Assembly: GCA_036172245.1 (NCBI GenBank)
Contig: JAYWIR010000001.1
Span: forward strand, 5,580,001 to 5,644,000
Source of the DNA: Raillietiella orientalis
Taxonomy: Eukaryota
Direction: 5' to 3'
Length of the DNA: 64,000 nt
A program made the translations under genes and the position numbers. The notes beneath the pieces are model-generated. The model saw only the letters and a program-made list of their open reading frames with translations. It was not told the DNA's origin and ran no database searches. Below, in pieces: positions 50,240-61,929 of this stretch; position 1 is the first letter of the stretch, and each line of letters begins with the position of its first letter.

Positions 50240-51430
50240 ACGCGTGGCCCGCGTGGGCGGCCGTGCGGCTGTCGGTCTGCGCGCGTGGAAACACCAAGCG
50301 TTGCGGGTTCAAATCCCGTCCGGGCTCGACGCCGAGAAATGGATCGCTGGTTTCGAGTCCCCCCGCAAGATGAAGCTGGTTGGTCTGTAGGCTTGTGGTG
50401 CAGCACTGGTGGAAGCCAGAAACCGGGTGCTCCCCTTGATTGGCTGAGATTGGAAGTCGACCCCCCGAAATCCTTCCAGGAATCAAGGAGTCCTTCGGGA
50501 TTCCCCACCGGTTATGACAATGGAGCTGTCCCCCCCCCCCCTCCCTGAGGAGGGAGGGAGCCTTTATTAATTACCGTGGATCTGGTTGATACCCCCCTCG
50601 GGGGCAACCCCTGAGGAGTCGCTGCTCCCTTCTGGGTTTATTTCAGAGGAGTAAAAACAAGCAGTCCCCTTGCGGGTCCCCTCCGGGAAAGAAATTCAGG
50701 AGCGGATCCTTTCCGGGTTCTCTTCAGAGGAGAAAAAATGGAACGACCATCCTTGTGGGGTCCCTCCGGAGAGGACAAGGAAGAGGTTCCCTTCGAGTTT
50801 GAGGATTACAGCTCTGGGGGAGATTTTCACGCAAAACTTACGGGGATGCTTCTTTGCAGATGGCAGCACAGTTCCCTGTGGCTCCCCGACACATCGTGAG
50901 CAGCCGGATGACACGGACCGCCACGTTTCGTCCGAAGAGCTCGCGTGTGAAATGGACGCAGGGTCGTCTGACCTTGCGTGAAGCTCGTTGATACCCCTAT
51001 CAAGGGGTTGCCTCTCCAATGTGTTACAGAAGAGTACTAATCACTTCGGGGAGCGACCCTTTAGAGAAATCGGAAAGTGTTCCTTCGAGGTGCTCTTCAG
51101 GGGAGGAAACCAGGAGTGATTCCTTTGCGGGTGGTCTCCGGAGAAGAAACTCGGGAGCGGATCCCTTCCGGGTCCCCTTCGTTTAAAAAATGAGGAGCTC
51201 TCCCCTCTGGGAGACCTCTCCCGAGACAACAAGAGCGAAGTTCCCCTGCCAAGCGTGAGAGAAAAGACCCTCCGGAGCCTTCCTGGACTCATAGAGTGGT
51301 CCCTTCCCGGGGACCCCTTATAGCTTAAAGAGTGGCACGCACACTCGGGTGGCGTGGACAGTGTCAAAGAGCTTCGAGCTTCGCTGCCGTAAGGAGGCGG
51401 ACCGTTCTTCACCACGTAGCGAACAAAAAA
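50240..51430 (+). repeat. Family B copy with tRNA-like head (50259-50324) and two blocks of ~39-bp units
   Basis: Head sequence ACACCAAGCGTTGCGGGTTCAAATCCCGTCCGGG. 50350-50520 resembles the reverse complement of 11370-11520; 51310-51380 resembles the reverse complement of 59470-59545. Confidence 0.75.
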
Positions 51431-51479
51431 AAAAACACGCGTGGGGAAAGGGTTCAAGGGGTGTCCCTTCGATTTTTCT

Positions 51480-51960
51480 TGTTCTTTTGCCATATACGTC
51501 GCTCAACGGGGTTCTCCGGAGAATTGGGATCGTCTGAAGTATTCCCAGGGGCTGTTCCCTTGATACCCACCTCCGCATCAGACCTCCGTGATGTCTCCAG
51601 AGCACTTGCTGCTGCCACCAAGATCCACGCCGACGTCAGGGACTCCTCGCAAGCCGGTTCCATAACCCTTCGGAGTGCACCGTCGTCACCCTCTATTCCG
51701 CTCGCTGAAATCTCCTGAGGAACCCGCCATCCTGAGATGACGGAATGTCTCTGCTCCCGAGACTGACTTGATTCCCACTCGTTTGCTACAACTTACGTCG
51801 CCGTGTTCTTGGTCTCTTTCCCTGGTCTTCATCCCGTTGCTCGTTGAGTCCTTTCTTCTTGACTGCTCAATTACTTTTTTCCAGGAGCATCTACCAGTAG
51901 ACAGACGTCATCACAGATGAGCACAAGACTTGACCCTTGAGCACCATCCGTCTTCAGGGT
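51480..51960 (-). mobile_element. LINE linker fragment
   Basis: 'SDAEVGIKGTAPGNTSDDPNSPE'; 51825-51930 resembles 56335-56445 (ctcgttgagtcctt, agacagacgtcatcac). Confidence 0.5.
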
Positions 51961-51964
51961 GAGC

Positions 51965-52781
51965 TGCTTCGGGGGGTGAGTCGTCCCGCGCTCTACAGAG
52001 GATTCCTGCTTCCAGGGATGTTCCACTGGGAATTCCAGTGCAACGAGTGGTGGCACCGTGATTGCGCTGGGGTTGCATCTGCGAGCTGTAGCAGGTGCAA
52101 GTCTCTGAGTTCGCCCCCGCACCTACTTTCGGACTGCGGAGCCCTCCTTCAAGAATTGTGGCGGCAGCGCCCCTCCACCAGGAGGACACCACCGGCGAAC
52201 CTGCTGAGGCGGTTCTTCGCGCCGGGGTGATTCTCGACGGGCGCGGTGGTCTCAGCGATGGGTTGCATCCGTGCTATCGTCACGGCCCGCCACGTGCTGG
52301 AGTCGCCGCCGCAGCGAAAAGAGGTCACCGGGATGGAAGCCGCCTACGTAAAGACGGCTGCAAGATGCCCTCACTGTTAAAAATAGTGAAGGAGGAGATC
52401 GCTGGCATCCAGTGCTGGTTTTGAAAGGAAAGAATGGCGGACATTGGTGACTCTTGCCCTTTGCCTCCCTTTATTTATTTTTCTCATTCCCCATCACCGT
52501 TCGCTCCGTAACTTCCTCGACTTTTTTTTTGTTGTCGTTGTGATCCCAGTGCACATGGAGCGAAGTCAAAGATCCCTGTCCCATCCCACCGGATTTATTT
52601 GCTTTTATTTTTCTGGTGTTGTCCTCGTTTCCCCTTCCCGTACCGGACTTTCGGATATCCTAACCTGCGTGATCGGTGGACACTCCCTTTGAACTTCTTT
52701 TGTCTTCATTTGGGAACCAGAGTTCCCGACTGGTTTGTTTTTTATAGAATAAACGCCTCCGGGCGCGACCGGGTGAAAAAC
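51965..52781 (+). mobile_element. 5'-truncated LINE 3' end (zf-RVT, 3' UTR, terminus)
   Basis: 'MFHWEFQCNEWWH...SASCSRCKSLSSPPHLLSDCGALLQELW'; terminal aataaacgcctccgggcgcgaccgggtgaaaaac. Confidence 0.75.
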
Positions 52782-52899
52782 TTTCAGAGATGCCAATCTT
52801 TCGATTGTTCTTCGTCTGTTCATAGCAGCCAGAAACTTCCACGGATCTGCTGCTGCGGGACTGCATCGAGAGCGCCGTCGCACAACGTTTGGCTCACTC

Positions 52900-53940
52900 C
52901 ACAGCGCCAGTTTCTCTCCGGCGCGATGGTGCCGCTGCAGGTTACGAGCGTCAGAGTTCAAGAGCGTCATGCTTCTTGCCTGTGTAGAGCTTGAGAATAG
53001 GTTGTAGTCAGCCGGATATCCTGAGGAAACTTTGGAGGAAACCAGCCGCTTCGTGAGCCGGAACCTGCAGCGCCGGTTAGATGGCTCCTTCGGAGGAACC
53101 CGTATGCATCCACCTCAAAGAGTATTCTTTAACTCCTGATCTCAATTGCCTGAACGGATACGAAGGAAGCTGAGGAAATCAACTTCCGTGATGGCCTCTT
53201 GGTTCATCTACCGTAGTGGAAAGGCCGTTAAGATTGTGGCGGAGACAGATGCAACGTCCACCTTCCATTTGAGTCTTTTATTGAGAAAGAGTGCTGAAAG
53301 GCTGTCCAAGATGCACTTTGGTTCAAAATCAACAAGCGGGACTGCTTCCCAAGTTCGAATTTTTTTCGATTGCTGGGAACTTTGGTACATTACTTGCAGC
53401 GGCCCCATTTGGTCCCTGGACCGCCTTAAGAATCAGAAACGGAGATCTCCGTACTTTTATGATACTCTGCATCAGGAAAATCGTAGAGCGAAAAACCAGG
53501 AAAAGTGAGGTTGTTTTCTGGATTCTTCATGGGCTCTCGCGGGAAGCTAGCAAGGGCGCTCGCAACAAATCCTCAGGAACAACACAGATTCCAGAGGCTG
53601 CGGTGTTCTTAGGCGTCCTGCTGTTTGCCGCTGTGAGGCACTAAGAAAAAGACCAAGTGGCAACGTAGGGTCGAGCGCAACGATGCAGAAGTCGTCAAAC
53701 CCTGGCAGAAAGGAGGCATCCTGTCAGTACCTCTTGTCCCTGCAACCATTTCTAGTCTATGCCCCGCCCATCCGTTTGCACCGCTTAGCGCTCTTGTACT
53801 CCTTCGGACCCTTTTGCTTGAGTCCTGCCATCCAGCTGGGCTCTGGCATCACCTACGTTGCACGATACGGGTGCACTTCCGAGGAAGAGCTGCCTTTGGT
53901 AACGAATGAGCACAAGACGTGACTTGACTTCATAACAGAC
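52900..53940 (-). mobile_element. Decayed LINE linker and RT fragment
   Basis: 'SKKIRTWEAVPLVDFEPKCIL...NKRLK' (resembling KNWRPISLLN.DYKIL...RLK); 53905-53925 resembles 51915-51935. Confidence 0.5.
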
Positions 53941-53949
53941 CGATGGGCA

Positions 53950-55754
53950 TCACGCGTCCCTCCTTGGGTGTTGGGCAGCGGCGCCAAGGGGGAGCAGGTG
54001 AGATGCGATGGCTGACCAGGACGGCCGTTCGCCGGTCTATTAAGTCCGCGCTGACAGAAGGAACAGCTCCCGGGAGCTCTTGCTGGTGCCGGGCCATTGT
54101 CTCCAGGAGGAGGGCAGAGGCAACTCTGTGCCTGGGCGTTGCGCAGATGGCGGACGACGACGCTGGATCCACTCCAGGAGGGAACGGATGACCATTCCGG
54201 AGCAGCTGCCTGCTCCACTGTCCTTGGCAATCATCTCGAGGTTTCGCGGATTCCAAGGAGCCGCTGCTGCTTGAAATCTGCAGAAGCGGAACTGCTTTTC
54301 TGTCTCATGAGCCACGGAGAGGCAGATCCCGGATCACCCTAGCGAGGAAATGTGCGGTGGACTGCCGTTGGTCTGCCGTGGACTGCGCACACCCAAACGA
54401 GGACCCGCCTGAAGGACTTGTACGCTCCACGTCGCGAAGGAGGCTCGGCCTCCTGACGCTGGGGCGCCTGGAGACGCAGCTCCAGTAGAGGAAGCTTGCC
54501 CTCATGGAGAAGCTTTGGAGCACGAACTGGTGCAAACCCGCACGATACCTGGTCAAGAGAGCTATCGGATACGCAGGACTGCCTTCGTTCCTTGCGAGGC
54601 GGAGCAAACGCAACGTACCCCTCTGCGGACTGGAGCTCTGGCGAGCAGCCAAGCTGACCATAACCAACAACTGGATCTTTTGCTTGCCCGCGAAGGATGG
54701 TGTCTGGTTTCAGGGAACAGTTTGCACGTGGACCAAGAACAACGAAGCCCGGATATGAGGCAGAGACTGCTGCACTCCTTCTACAACAACCGCTTGCTGC
54801 AGGGCATCATCGTGCAGCCCACCACGTGTGCGTAGGCAGGCCGAACTTTCCTTGCCTCGGAGCTGCCTCTCCCGAGAAAGCACCTGGGCAGTAACCAGTC
54901 GGCCAAATGGGAATTCAGTTGGGAAATAGGTCTGTGGACGAAGGAATTAGGTGGTTGGATCACGAGCCAGATCATGGACGCTGCGACACCAAGTGCCCCA
55001 CCGAAAGGACTATTGCGCTGGGGTGAGCTGCTGGGAATCACACAGGAAGACCTCCGGTGGCACCCAGCTCTGAAAAACAACCAGACCCTCCCTCTGAAGT
55101 GGCAGCAGTCGGCACTTCTGCTGTTTCACTGGGGTCTCCCGTGCAGCGCCCGCCGCTCTCACTAGACCTGGTGGGCTGTGGACCCCAACGGTTGCAGGTG
55201 CAGGGAGTGGGAATCCCTCCTACATCTGCTCGTAGACTGTGTTGCCCTCCGGTCCTATTGGTTTCGCTACGCAACGGCCCTCGGTGCACCAATGGACGTC
55301 CAGGGACGTGATGAAGTGCGTCTTCGTGCGCGACGCCCTTTCTCCTGCCGCATCCCGAGCAGCTCTTTGCTGCCTACACAGGATTGTGGAGGTCTGGAGC
55401 TACGCGAGATGAAGATGCAACGATAGAGGCGCCATCTGCTTCTCCCTCCTCTTTCTGCGGGCAGCAGCAAGATGGTACCACCTGCGACATACTCAGAAGG
55501 CACTCGCCGGCATCCTGGAAAGGATGCAGAGGACGCCCTCCAGCGGACAATGGTCCCTTCTCGTGCCCACCAGAGTTCTTTTTATCATTTATTTTTCTTT
55601 TGTCTCAACTCCTCTGCCGAGGTGCCTCGTCTGTCTGTGTGGAGGTTACTCGGCAGTCTCCAAGCATTTTCGGACAATGTAGGGCTGATGGTCCTACACG
55701 TGTATATTTATTATTTTTGATGATAAACGCCCCGGCGTGACCATGTGATAAACC
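53950..55754 (+). mobile_element. 5'-truncated LINE: RT thumb, zf-RVT, 3' UTR, terminus
   Basis: 'TLCLGV', 'LKDLYAPRREGG', 'LLRWGELLGITQEDLRWHPALKNNQTLPLKWQQSALLLFHWGLPC' and 'CRCREWESLLHLLVDC'; terminal motif at 55722-55754. Confidence 0.85.
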
Positions 55755-55799
55755 CAAACGAAGGTGGGGTCGCAGATAAAGAGTGAAACGGGCCCTACC

Positions 55800-56230
55800 G
55801 CGCAAACCCATCTTCTCGACGAAGACCTCGAGAACGGCGCAGCTTGCAGGTGAGGTGAACGAAGGGATGGAGTGGCTAGGCTGGCATTTGCGAAGGAGGA
55901 TAATGGCAGCTATGAAACAGGAAAGTTAGCGCCGCTCGAGTCGTTCCGATTTCCTGGTGACGGTGGGGTTCCCCGAGGGGAAAACCTCTCTTTCCGGCCG
56001 AGAAATCGTTGCGGAGGCGCACCATCTCGGTCGTCTTCTTCTGCATCTCCCACCATTCGCACGTCTCACCCTCGCAGCGCGAAAGAAAAGAAAACCCCGG
56101 AGGGTGCTCCTCGGCCAGAGAGGACCTACGAGTAGCTCTCCAAGGAAAAGAGAGTTCCGGCAGGAAGGGCGAACCTCTCAGGACTCTGGCCACGAGTTCC
56201 GCTCCAGCGGTTCACAGGAGGAAAATTCCG
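55800..56230 (-). repeat. Probable family B body fragment
   Basis: 55960-56060 resembles 10545-10620 in the same orientation. Confidence 0.3.
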
Positions 56231-56279
56231 ATCGGCTAATCATCTAACAGTTCACCCTTTCTCATTGAAACCCATTTCT

Positions 56280-56480
56280 CATTTAACCCTTGCTTCTTAG
56301 TCCATTTTCCACTGAGCCTCGCTACTCGTTAAATTCCAGGTCCTCATCCCATTCCTCGTTGAGTCCTTGCTTCCCGATAGCTCCATCTCTTCCTTCCCAG
56401 AACATCCACCAACAGACAGACGTCATCACGAATAGGAACAAGCCTGCATCTGCATCCGAGACGAAACTGAGCTAAAGATG
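56280..56480 (-). mobile_element. LINE linker fragment homologous to 51780-51950
   Basis: Shared blocks catccc.tt.ctcgttgagtcctt and catc.acca..agacagacgtcatcac. Confidence 0.55.
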
Positions 56481-56749
56481 GACGGGGTTGCTAGGCAACA
56501 TCCTCGGCGAACTTGCTGGCAGCCCGCGCACGAGAGGGGCTACGGCAAGCTGCCGGCCCCAGACCAAGAGGGCCTCCTTAAATCGTCGCGAGGTGGCGCC
56601 CGCCTACCAGAATTCTTCTGTCGCTTCCGGGAGGCAACTTCCCCAGGGCACGCCCTAGCCTCAGGCATGAGGTCGTATCAAAAACCGGCTCCCAGGCAAC
56701 GGGCGTTTCCTGAGTCGCGGCTCAACCGTCGGCCTCCTCCAGCGTCTGA

Positions 56750-58150
56750 GAAGTGGAAGAGCGGACGGAGACGGCGATGATGGCGGCTGCCGTGCGTTAC
56801 GCCGGGACCAACAGGCGGAGGGCTATTTCCGTGCGACTTCGGCGGCTGCGTTTCGCAAATGACAGAGGGCGGGTGGGCTGCCCACTTGTTGGCGAACTTC
56901 CGAGGGGATCCTTCGTCTGTGCTGCGCCACGTGGACGGAGGAGGACGACATCAGGGAGCTCGACATGGACGCGCTCAGGAGGAAGCGAGGAGGAGAAGGA
57001 AGAGCCGGAGCCGCCTCCGGCCTGCAGGCGGCTCCGGTAGAGCAGGCGCACGCGCGCCTTTCTTGCAGCGCACACGGGCCGAGTCGAGAGCGCCCTCCAG
57101 AGCGCTTCTTGCTCGACGGCCGCCGGCAGCCAGCCCTTCCTTCGAGACTCGACCTCCGAGTCTTCTCGGTCTCGAGGGCACGAGGGAGCCTGGGATGGCG
57201 CCCATCTCCTGTGCGGAACGCGCGAAAGATGGGAGCAGTTTCTGGGCAGCATCTTCGGCGGATGTGCAGCAGCCCAGGGTCGAGAGAGACCACGGCGAGT
57301 TGCCGGCTCCAGACCGAGGGGCTCACCGAGAAGGGAACAAGGCCTATTCCGAGTCCGCGCTGTCCGCTGGTGCCGAACCCTGGTCTCTAGAAGGAGGGCG
57401 AAGGCGACGCTGCACCCGGTCGTTTCTCAGATGACGGCTGCCATCGTGGACGCCTACTCTAGCGCATGCGGAGTTCCACCGCTGGCACTACCCCAGGCAC
57501 CGGCTCCTTGCGACGTCGGTCGTCGTCCGTCGGTCGTCGGTCGTCGCGCTCCGCCCTTTGGATGTTGAGTTGCGGTGCCGTAGGGGGCCAGCGAGCGGCG
57601 AGGGCCGTCTCTCTGCTTCTCCCGCACGGGATCGTCCTCTCAGGAGGAGCAGCCACGTCACCGGGATGTCGGGGTCCGAGAAATGAGAGAGAAACCGTTG
57701 AGGGACTTACCAAGAAGCAGAAGGAGGGGATGTGAGGGGCTGTCCCATGAGGCTGGAAAGGGAGCCGCGCTGGAGGGGCTCTGGTGGTTCCAGTGTGCAA
57801 CAATAACGGGATGGGCCTCCAGTCGTAATGTGGAGACACCTTGAATCGCAGGTAGTGCTGAAGAGGAGAGCCGAAGGAGAGGGTGCTGAAAGCTTCCTCA
57901 TCATCTGTTGATCTCTCTTCAGCACAGATAGAGTGAACGTACCAGCGCTGCATGCGGACTATGAGCAGATGAGTAGTAGGAGGAGGGGGGTTTCAAGGAG
58001 CGCAGTAGAGCAGCGATTGGATCCAAGGGTTCTGGTTTACCCTTCGTCCACGAGGGAGGCGGTGTGGTGTGGCCACCTGTTAACCATTCGGATTCTGTCA
58101 TGCTTTTCCGGGGCCGCCGTCAACTTTTTCCGAGACGCCGACGACCGGTA
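56750..58150 (-). mobile_element. Decayed Tx1-like ORF1 with low-complexity tail
   Basis: 'FSTLSFGSPLQHYLRFKVSPHYDWRP/SRYCCTL' parallels 'HILTF' (36095) and 'SILTF...KV' (62390). Confidence 0.45.
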
Positions 58151-58199
58151 AAAGTCTTCCGAAGAGGAGCGTCACTGAGGAGGTCTTTGGTCGCGGCAG

Positions 58200-58900
58200 C
58201 AGGTGAGAAGTCTGCGTCGGCGGCCGTGAGGCCGCAGCCTCCATATCTGGCAACACCAAGCGTGGCGGGTTCGAATCCCGCCCAGGGAAGGATCAACACC
58301 AAGAAACGGAGGGGGAAGGGGCGTCGTGGATTTTAAGTCCCCTCAGCAAGATGATGCTTGTTGAGCTGAAGGCTTTAGTTCTCCCTCCTAAGGGGGGCAG
58401 CCCTCCGTAGCGTAACGTGGAGCTGGTTGAGACCGCTTCACAGGGGGTTAACTCTCAAGTGTGCAAGAAGCGCTCTTCAGAGAAAATTGGGAGGCGTCCC
58501 TTTGAGCTTCTCTTCAGAGAAGGAAACCAGGAGTGGATCCTTTCCGGGTTCACTCGGGAGAAGAAACGAGGAGCGACTTCTCTGGGGGTCCTTCCGGAGA
58601 GAACATGTGAGAGGTTCTCTTTGAGGTTCCCCTCATTCCTGGGGAGGACTCCTTTTTCTAGCGGCTCCTGAAATTACCAAGTGATACGGGGTCATCCCCT
58701 AACTCGAAGAGTCACGCACATCATCGGGTTTCGTGGACAGTGGCTCTCTGGATGAGCTCTTCTCTCAAGGAGCTCCAGGCAGCCTCGCGCGGCTGGCTGG
58801 CAGCGGCTCTGCCGGCTTCGAGTCCCTCCGTGCCGCGAGCCGAGGATGGCAGAGCATCCTGCGGCAGCGAAACAAGGATAAACCCGTCGTTGCTAAGGTC
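58200..58900 (+). repeat. Family B copy with tRNA-like head (58222-58289) and four ~39-bp units (58470-58630)
   Basis: Head sequence CAACACCAAGCGTGGCGGGTTCGAATCCCGCCCAGGGAA; body homologous to the other three headed copies. Confidence 0.75.
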
Positions 58901-59099
58901 TTCCTTCCTTCCTTTTTTTCTCTTTTTTTTTTTCTTTCTCTTTCCTTGTTGCCTCGAGGAACGATTACGAAGGGGAACCCTTGCCCGATACTGATAATAT
59001 TACCTATCGCGGAAAGGAAATGTAATTTCTATTTGTGGAGCCATCGTAGGCTCTTCAGAATTGACAGGGAATTAATGGGATCCCACTTTCGAAAAAAAT

Positions 59100-60010
59100 T
59101 GACTATTTTTCGTGTTTTCCTTGTAAACTCCACGCGTTCCTGGGGAGCGGAGAGGGGGAAGAGAGGAGCGCGTCCGCATATCCTCCGCGTACACTTCTCC
59201 CTCTCCCTCCCTTCCCCCCTCCCTCTTCCCCCTCACTTGGAGACGCGTGGCAGAGGAGGGTCCGCTGAGGGAACTCTTTGGCTTCTTCACTCGGGTGCCA
59301 AGCCGTAGCCGCAGCGTGCTCGGGTTCCCTGCCTCGCCGGGAAGTCGGCTGCCGCGTGCTGCACCCGGTTGCTCCAGGGCGTTTGTTGACTCCCAGTGGA
59401 CTTGCAAAAAGAGAACAGTGACTGGCTCGCTGAGGACTAATGAACCGTTCTTCTTCCTTGGGGAAGGGGACTCACGAAGCTCTTCAACACCGTCTGCGCC
59501 ACCCGAGAGTGCGCGTGACTCTTCAACCTATAAGGGGTACTCCGGTGGGATCCCCTGGAAAGGATCCGCTCCTTGTCGCTTCTCTGAAGAAGAACCCCGA
59601 AGAAACACTTGCCCATTTCTCCGAAAGGACGATTCCCGAAGGGAGCAGCGCACTTCTTGACACTCTGGAAAGCTCTCAACCAGCTCCATGGTACGCGACG
59701 GAGGGTTCCACGCCACGAGGAGGAACGGTGAGAGGAAGGAGGGTAGAGCGGTTTCGTTTTTACAATCAGAGGGGAACGACTCTTCGGTTTCTGGAAGGAT
59801 CCAGGAGGGCCCATTCCCAATCCCTGCCAGTCAACGGGGGCATCCGGCTCCTGCCAGAGTTGCACCAGCGTCATTTTGCTGCAGGGACTCGAAATCCACG
59901 ACTCCTTCCCCCCACCCCCATTTTTCGGCATCGATCCTTCCCTGGGTAGGAACCGAACCCGGTGCGCTTGGTGCCACACACGGAAAACACAGATACACGG
60001 CCTTCAGGAG
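59100..60010 (-). repeat. Family B copy with tRNA-like head (59938-60002)
   Basis: Minus strand reads GGCACCAAGCGCACCGGGTTCGGTTCCTACCCAGGGAA; body aligns with 10940-11600. Confidence 0.75.
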
Positions 60011-60029
60011 GCAGTGGCAGGACACGTGT

Positions 60030-60327
60030 TGCCACTGCACACGTCCATGCAAGAAAGCTGCCGGATCGTCGGTGCGCAGGACAGCGGAGGTCCACATCGG
60101 CAGCGGAGGGGAGGGGGGGAAATATCTGAAGCGAAATACGAAAAATAAATAATAAAATAAATAAGGAAACGCTATGAAGGGTCGGGAAAGGGATTCACAT
60201 TCTGCTGGAGGGAGTCCCCTGCATCCTTTCCAGGACGCCGTCAGGTTCGGTCTGCACCGTCTCTTGGCGGGGCCATCTGGCCGCTATACAAGGAAAGCCA
60301 GCTGCAAGCCAGGAGCCACTTGCCTTC
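60030..60327 (-). mobile_element. LINE C-terminus and 3' UTR fragment
   Basis: 'IAARWPRQETVQTEPDGVLERMQGTP' resembles 'ATRWPHLKDCLQQELAGILQRMQRPP'; T-rich UTR like the other copies. Confidence 0.7.
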
Positions 60328-60329
60328 TA

Positions 60330-61183
60330 CGAGGCACCTCTCAAAAGTAAGGGCCTTTCGGGTAGAAAGAAAGGACAACAAATTAGAGAAACAAAAATGT
60401 GTTGATGGTTCCAAACACATGCATCCCCCTGTCACTTTTCTACGTGGTCACCATTCCTTTTCAAACATTTTTGGTACCGCGGAAGAAGCTTTTTGAAACA
60501 TCCCCTGCATCAAATTCTGCCATCTGGGGGTCCAGCCAATTCAGCAGCACTGCAGTTTTTAACTCACTTTCCTCCTAGAATCAAAAAGTCCCTATTTGAA
60601 TTTCTGAATTGTCTGGAGTGTGCGGACAGCAGCGTGTAGGACCAAAAGGGTATGCTTTTGATGGAATTTATGGAGCCTGGAACCACCACACTTCTCAAGT
60701 CTACTGTGTGGAAACACTTTCGAAACTGTGGAGTGCCATTCAGGACCGACGACCTGGAATGCTGAGATCAGGAATTGTTCTTCTCCTTCACGACAACGGG
60801 CGCCCGTCCGCCCAGTTACTGCTGTCCAGACAATTCAGAAATTCAAATAGGGACTTTTTGATCACCCACCCACCTTACAGTCCTGCCCAATGACTACCAC
60901 GTCTTTCTGCACCTCAAGAAGTGGCTCGACGATTCGAGGAGGAAAGTGAGTTAAAAACTGCAGTGCTGCTGAATTGGCTGGACCCCCAGATGGCAGAATT
61001 TGATGCAGGGGATGTTTCAAAAAGCTTCTTCCGCGGTACCAAAAATGTTTGAAAAGGAATGGTGACCACGTAGAAAAGTGACAGGGGGATGCATGTGTTT
61101 GGAACCATCAACACATTTTTGTTTCTCTAATTTGTTGTCCTTTCTTTCTACCCGAAAGGCCCTTACTTTTGAGAGGTGTCTCG
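60330..61183 (+). mobile_element. Non-autonomous mariner (Tc1/mariner) derivative with very long inverted arms
   Basis: TA flanks at 60328-60329 and 61184-61185; termini CGAG(G/A)CACCTCTCAAAAGTAAG. Frameshifted transposase C-terminus: 'RRPGMLRSGIVLLLHDNGRP', 'THPPYSP', 'NDYHVFLHLKKWL', 'LPRYQKCLKRNGDHVEK*'. Confidence 0.92.
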
Positions 61184-61929
61184 TAGAAGACAAGGGCTCT
61201 CCGAACGACGACATTCCTTTAACTGCTCATTGGCTATTCCCCCCGCCCTCTGCAGTACTTATAGCACTCTGTGATTCTGTTTGGACAAAATCCGAGAAAA
61301 TTCAAAGGTTGGAAATCAAATCGAGCAGGTCGTGAATTTGGCTGACTCATCTGCGCCAACAGGTGGTCCTCGATGGCGCCACTGATCGCCTGCTCGGGCA
61401 CCCAGGTTCCTCAGCAGACCAGTGCGCGGCTGGCTGCCCGCGACGTCGGAACTCAAACCGATTCGCCGTCTTCATTCGTAAATGATGACCCGCGGGCGCG
61501 TCCGTATGGACACTTACTCAAGAGACGCCACGGGGAAAGAGAGGACGTGCGTGTGTGCCTCAGCCCGCAAACACTGTTTGATCCAGCACCGATCAAAGGG
61601 GAAAGATGCTTTCCTTTACAGGAGATGAGAAGAAAAATGGAAATGTGGGATTAGAAGAGCTGCTCTGCGTTCATCAGGAAGACTCTCAAAGGCAGAACAG
61701 TTCTTCAGATGAACGATTTGTTAGAAGAATCCCTTTGATTTCTTACTCCAAAAAACGAAAAAACAGGAGCTTCCTGCCAGATCCTTTTTTTCAATTTTTC
61801 TTGCTATTCCCAATAAAGGAATCACCGACCCCGGCGGAATTTCATCCCATCCTCGCCCTACCCCTCTGTTCAAAAATGATTGGCGCTGCTGTTGCACGGC
61901 TGCTGCTGCTCCTTAGCGCTCGCTGATGG

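Noticed and set aside
58222-58289. Functional tRNA gene (also 11580-11637, 50259-50324, 59938-60002)
   Set aside because: Only the T-arm and 3' end are tRNA-like. I cannot form an acceptor-stem partner, D-arm or anticodon arm, and all four sit at the start of the same repeat body.
58470-58630. CRISPR-like array
   Set aside because: The units are degenerate and contiguous with no unique spacers, there are no cas genes, and the context is eukaryotic.
60609-61080. Functional mariner transposase or SETMAR-like host gene
   Set aside because: Only frameshifted C-terminal pieces remain; the DNA-binding domain and the first catalytic Asp region are absent.
61877-61926. Signal-peptide-like 'MIGAAVARLLLLLSAR' as the beat first exon
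   Set aside because: It is on the plus strand, opposite to the beat exons, and ends in a stop with no donor.
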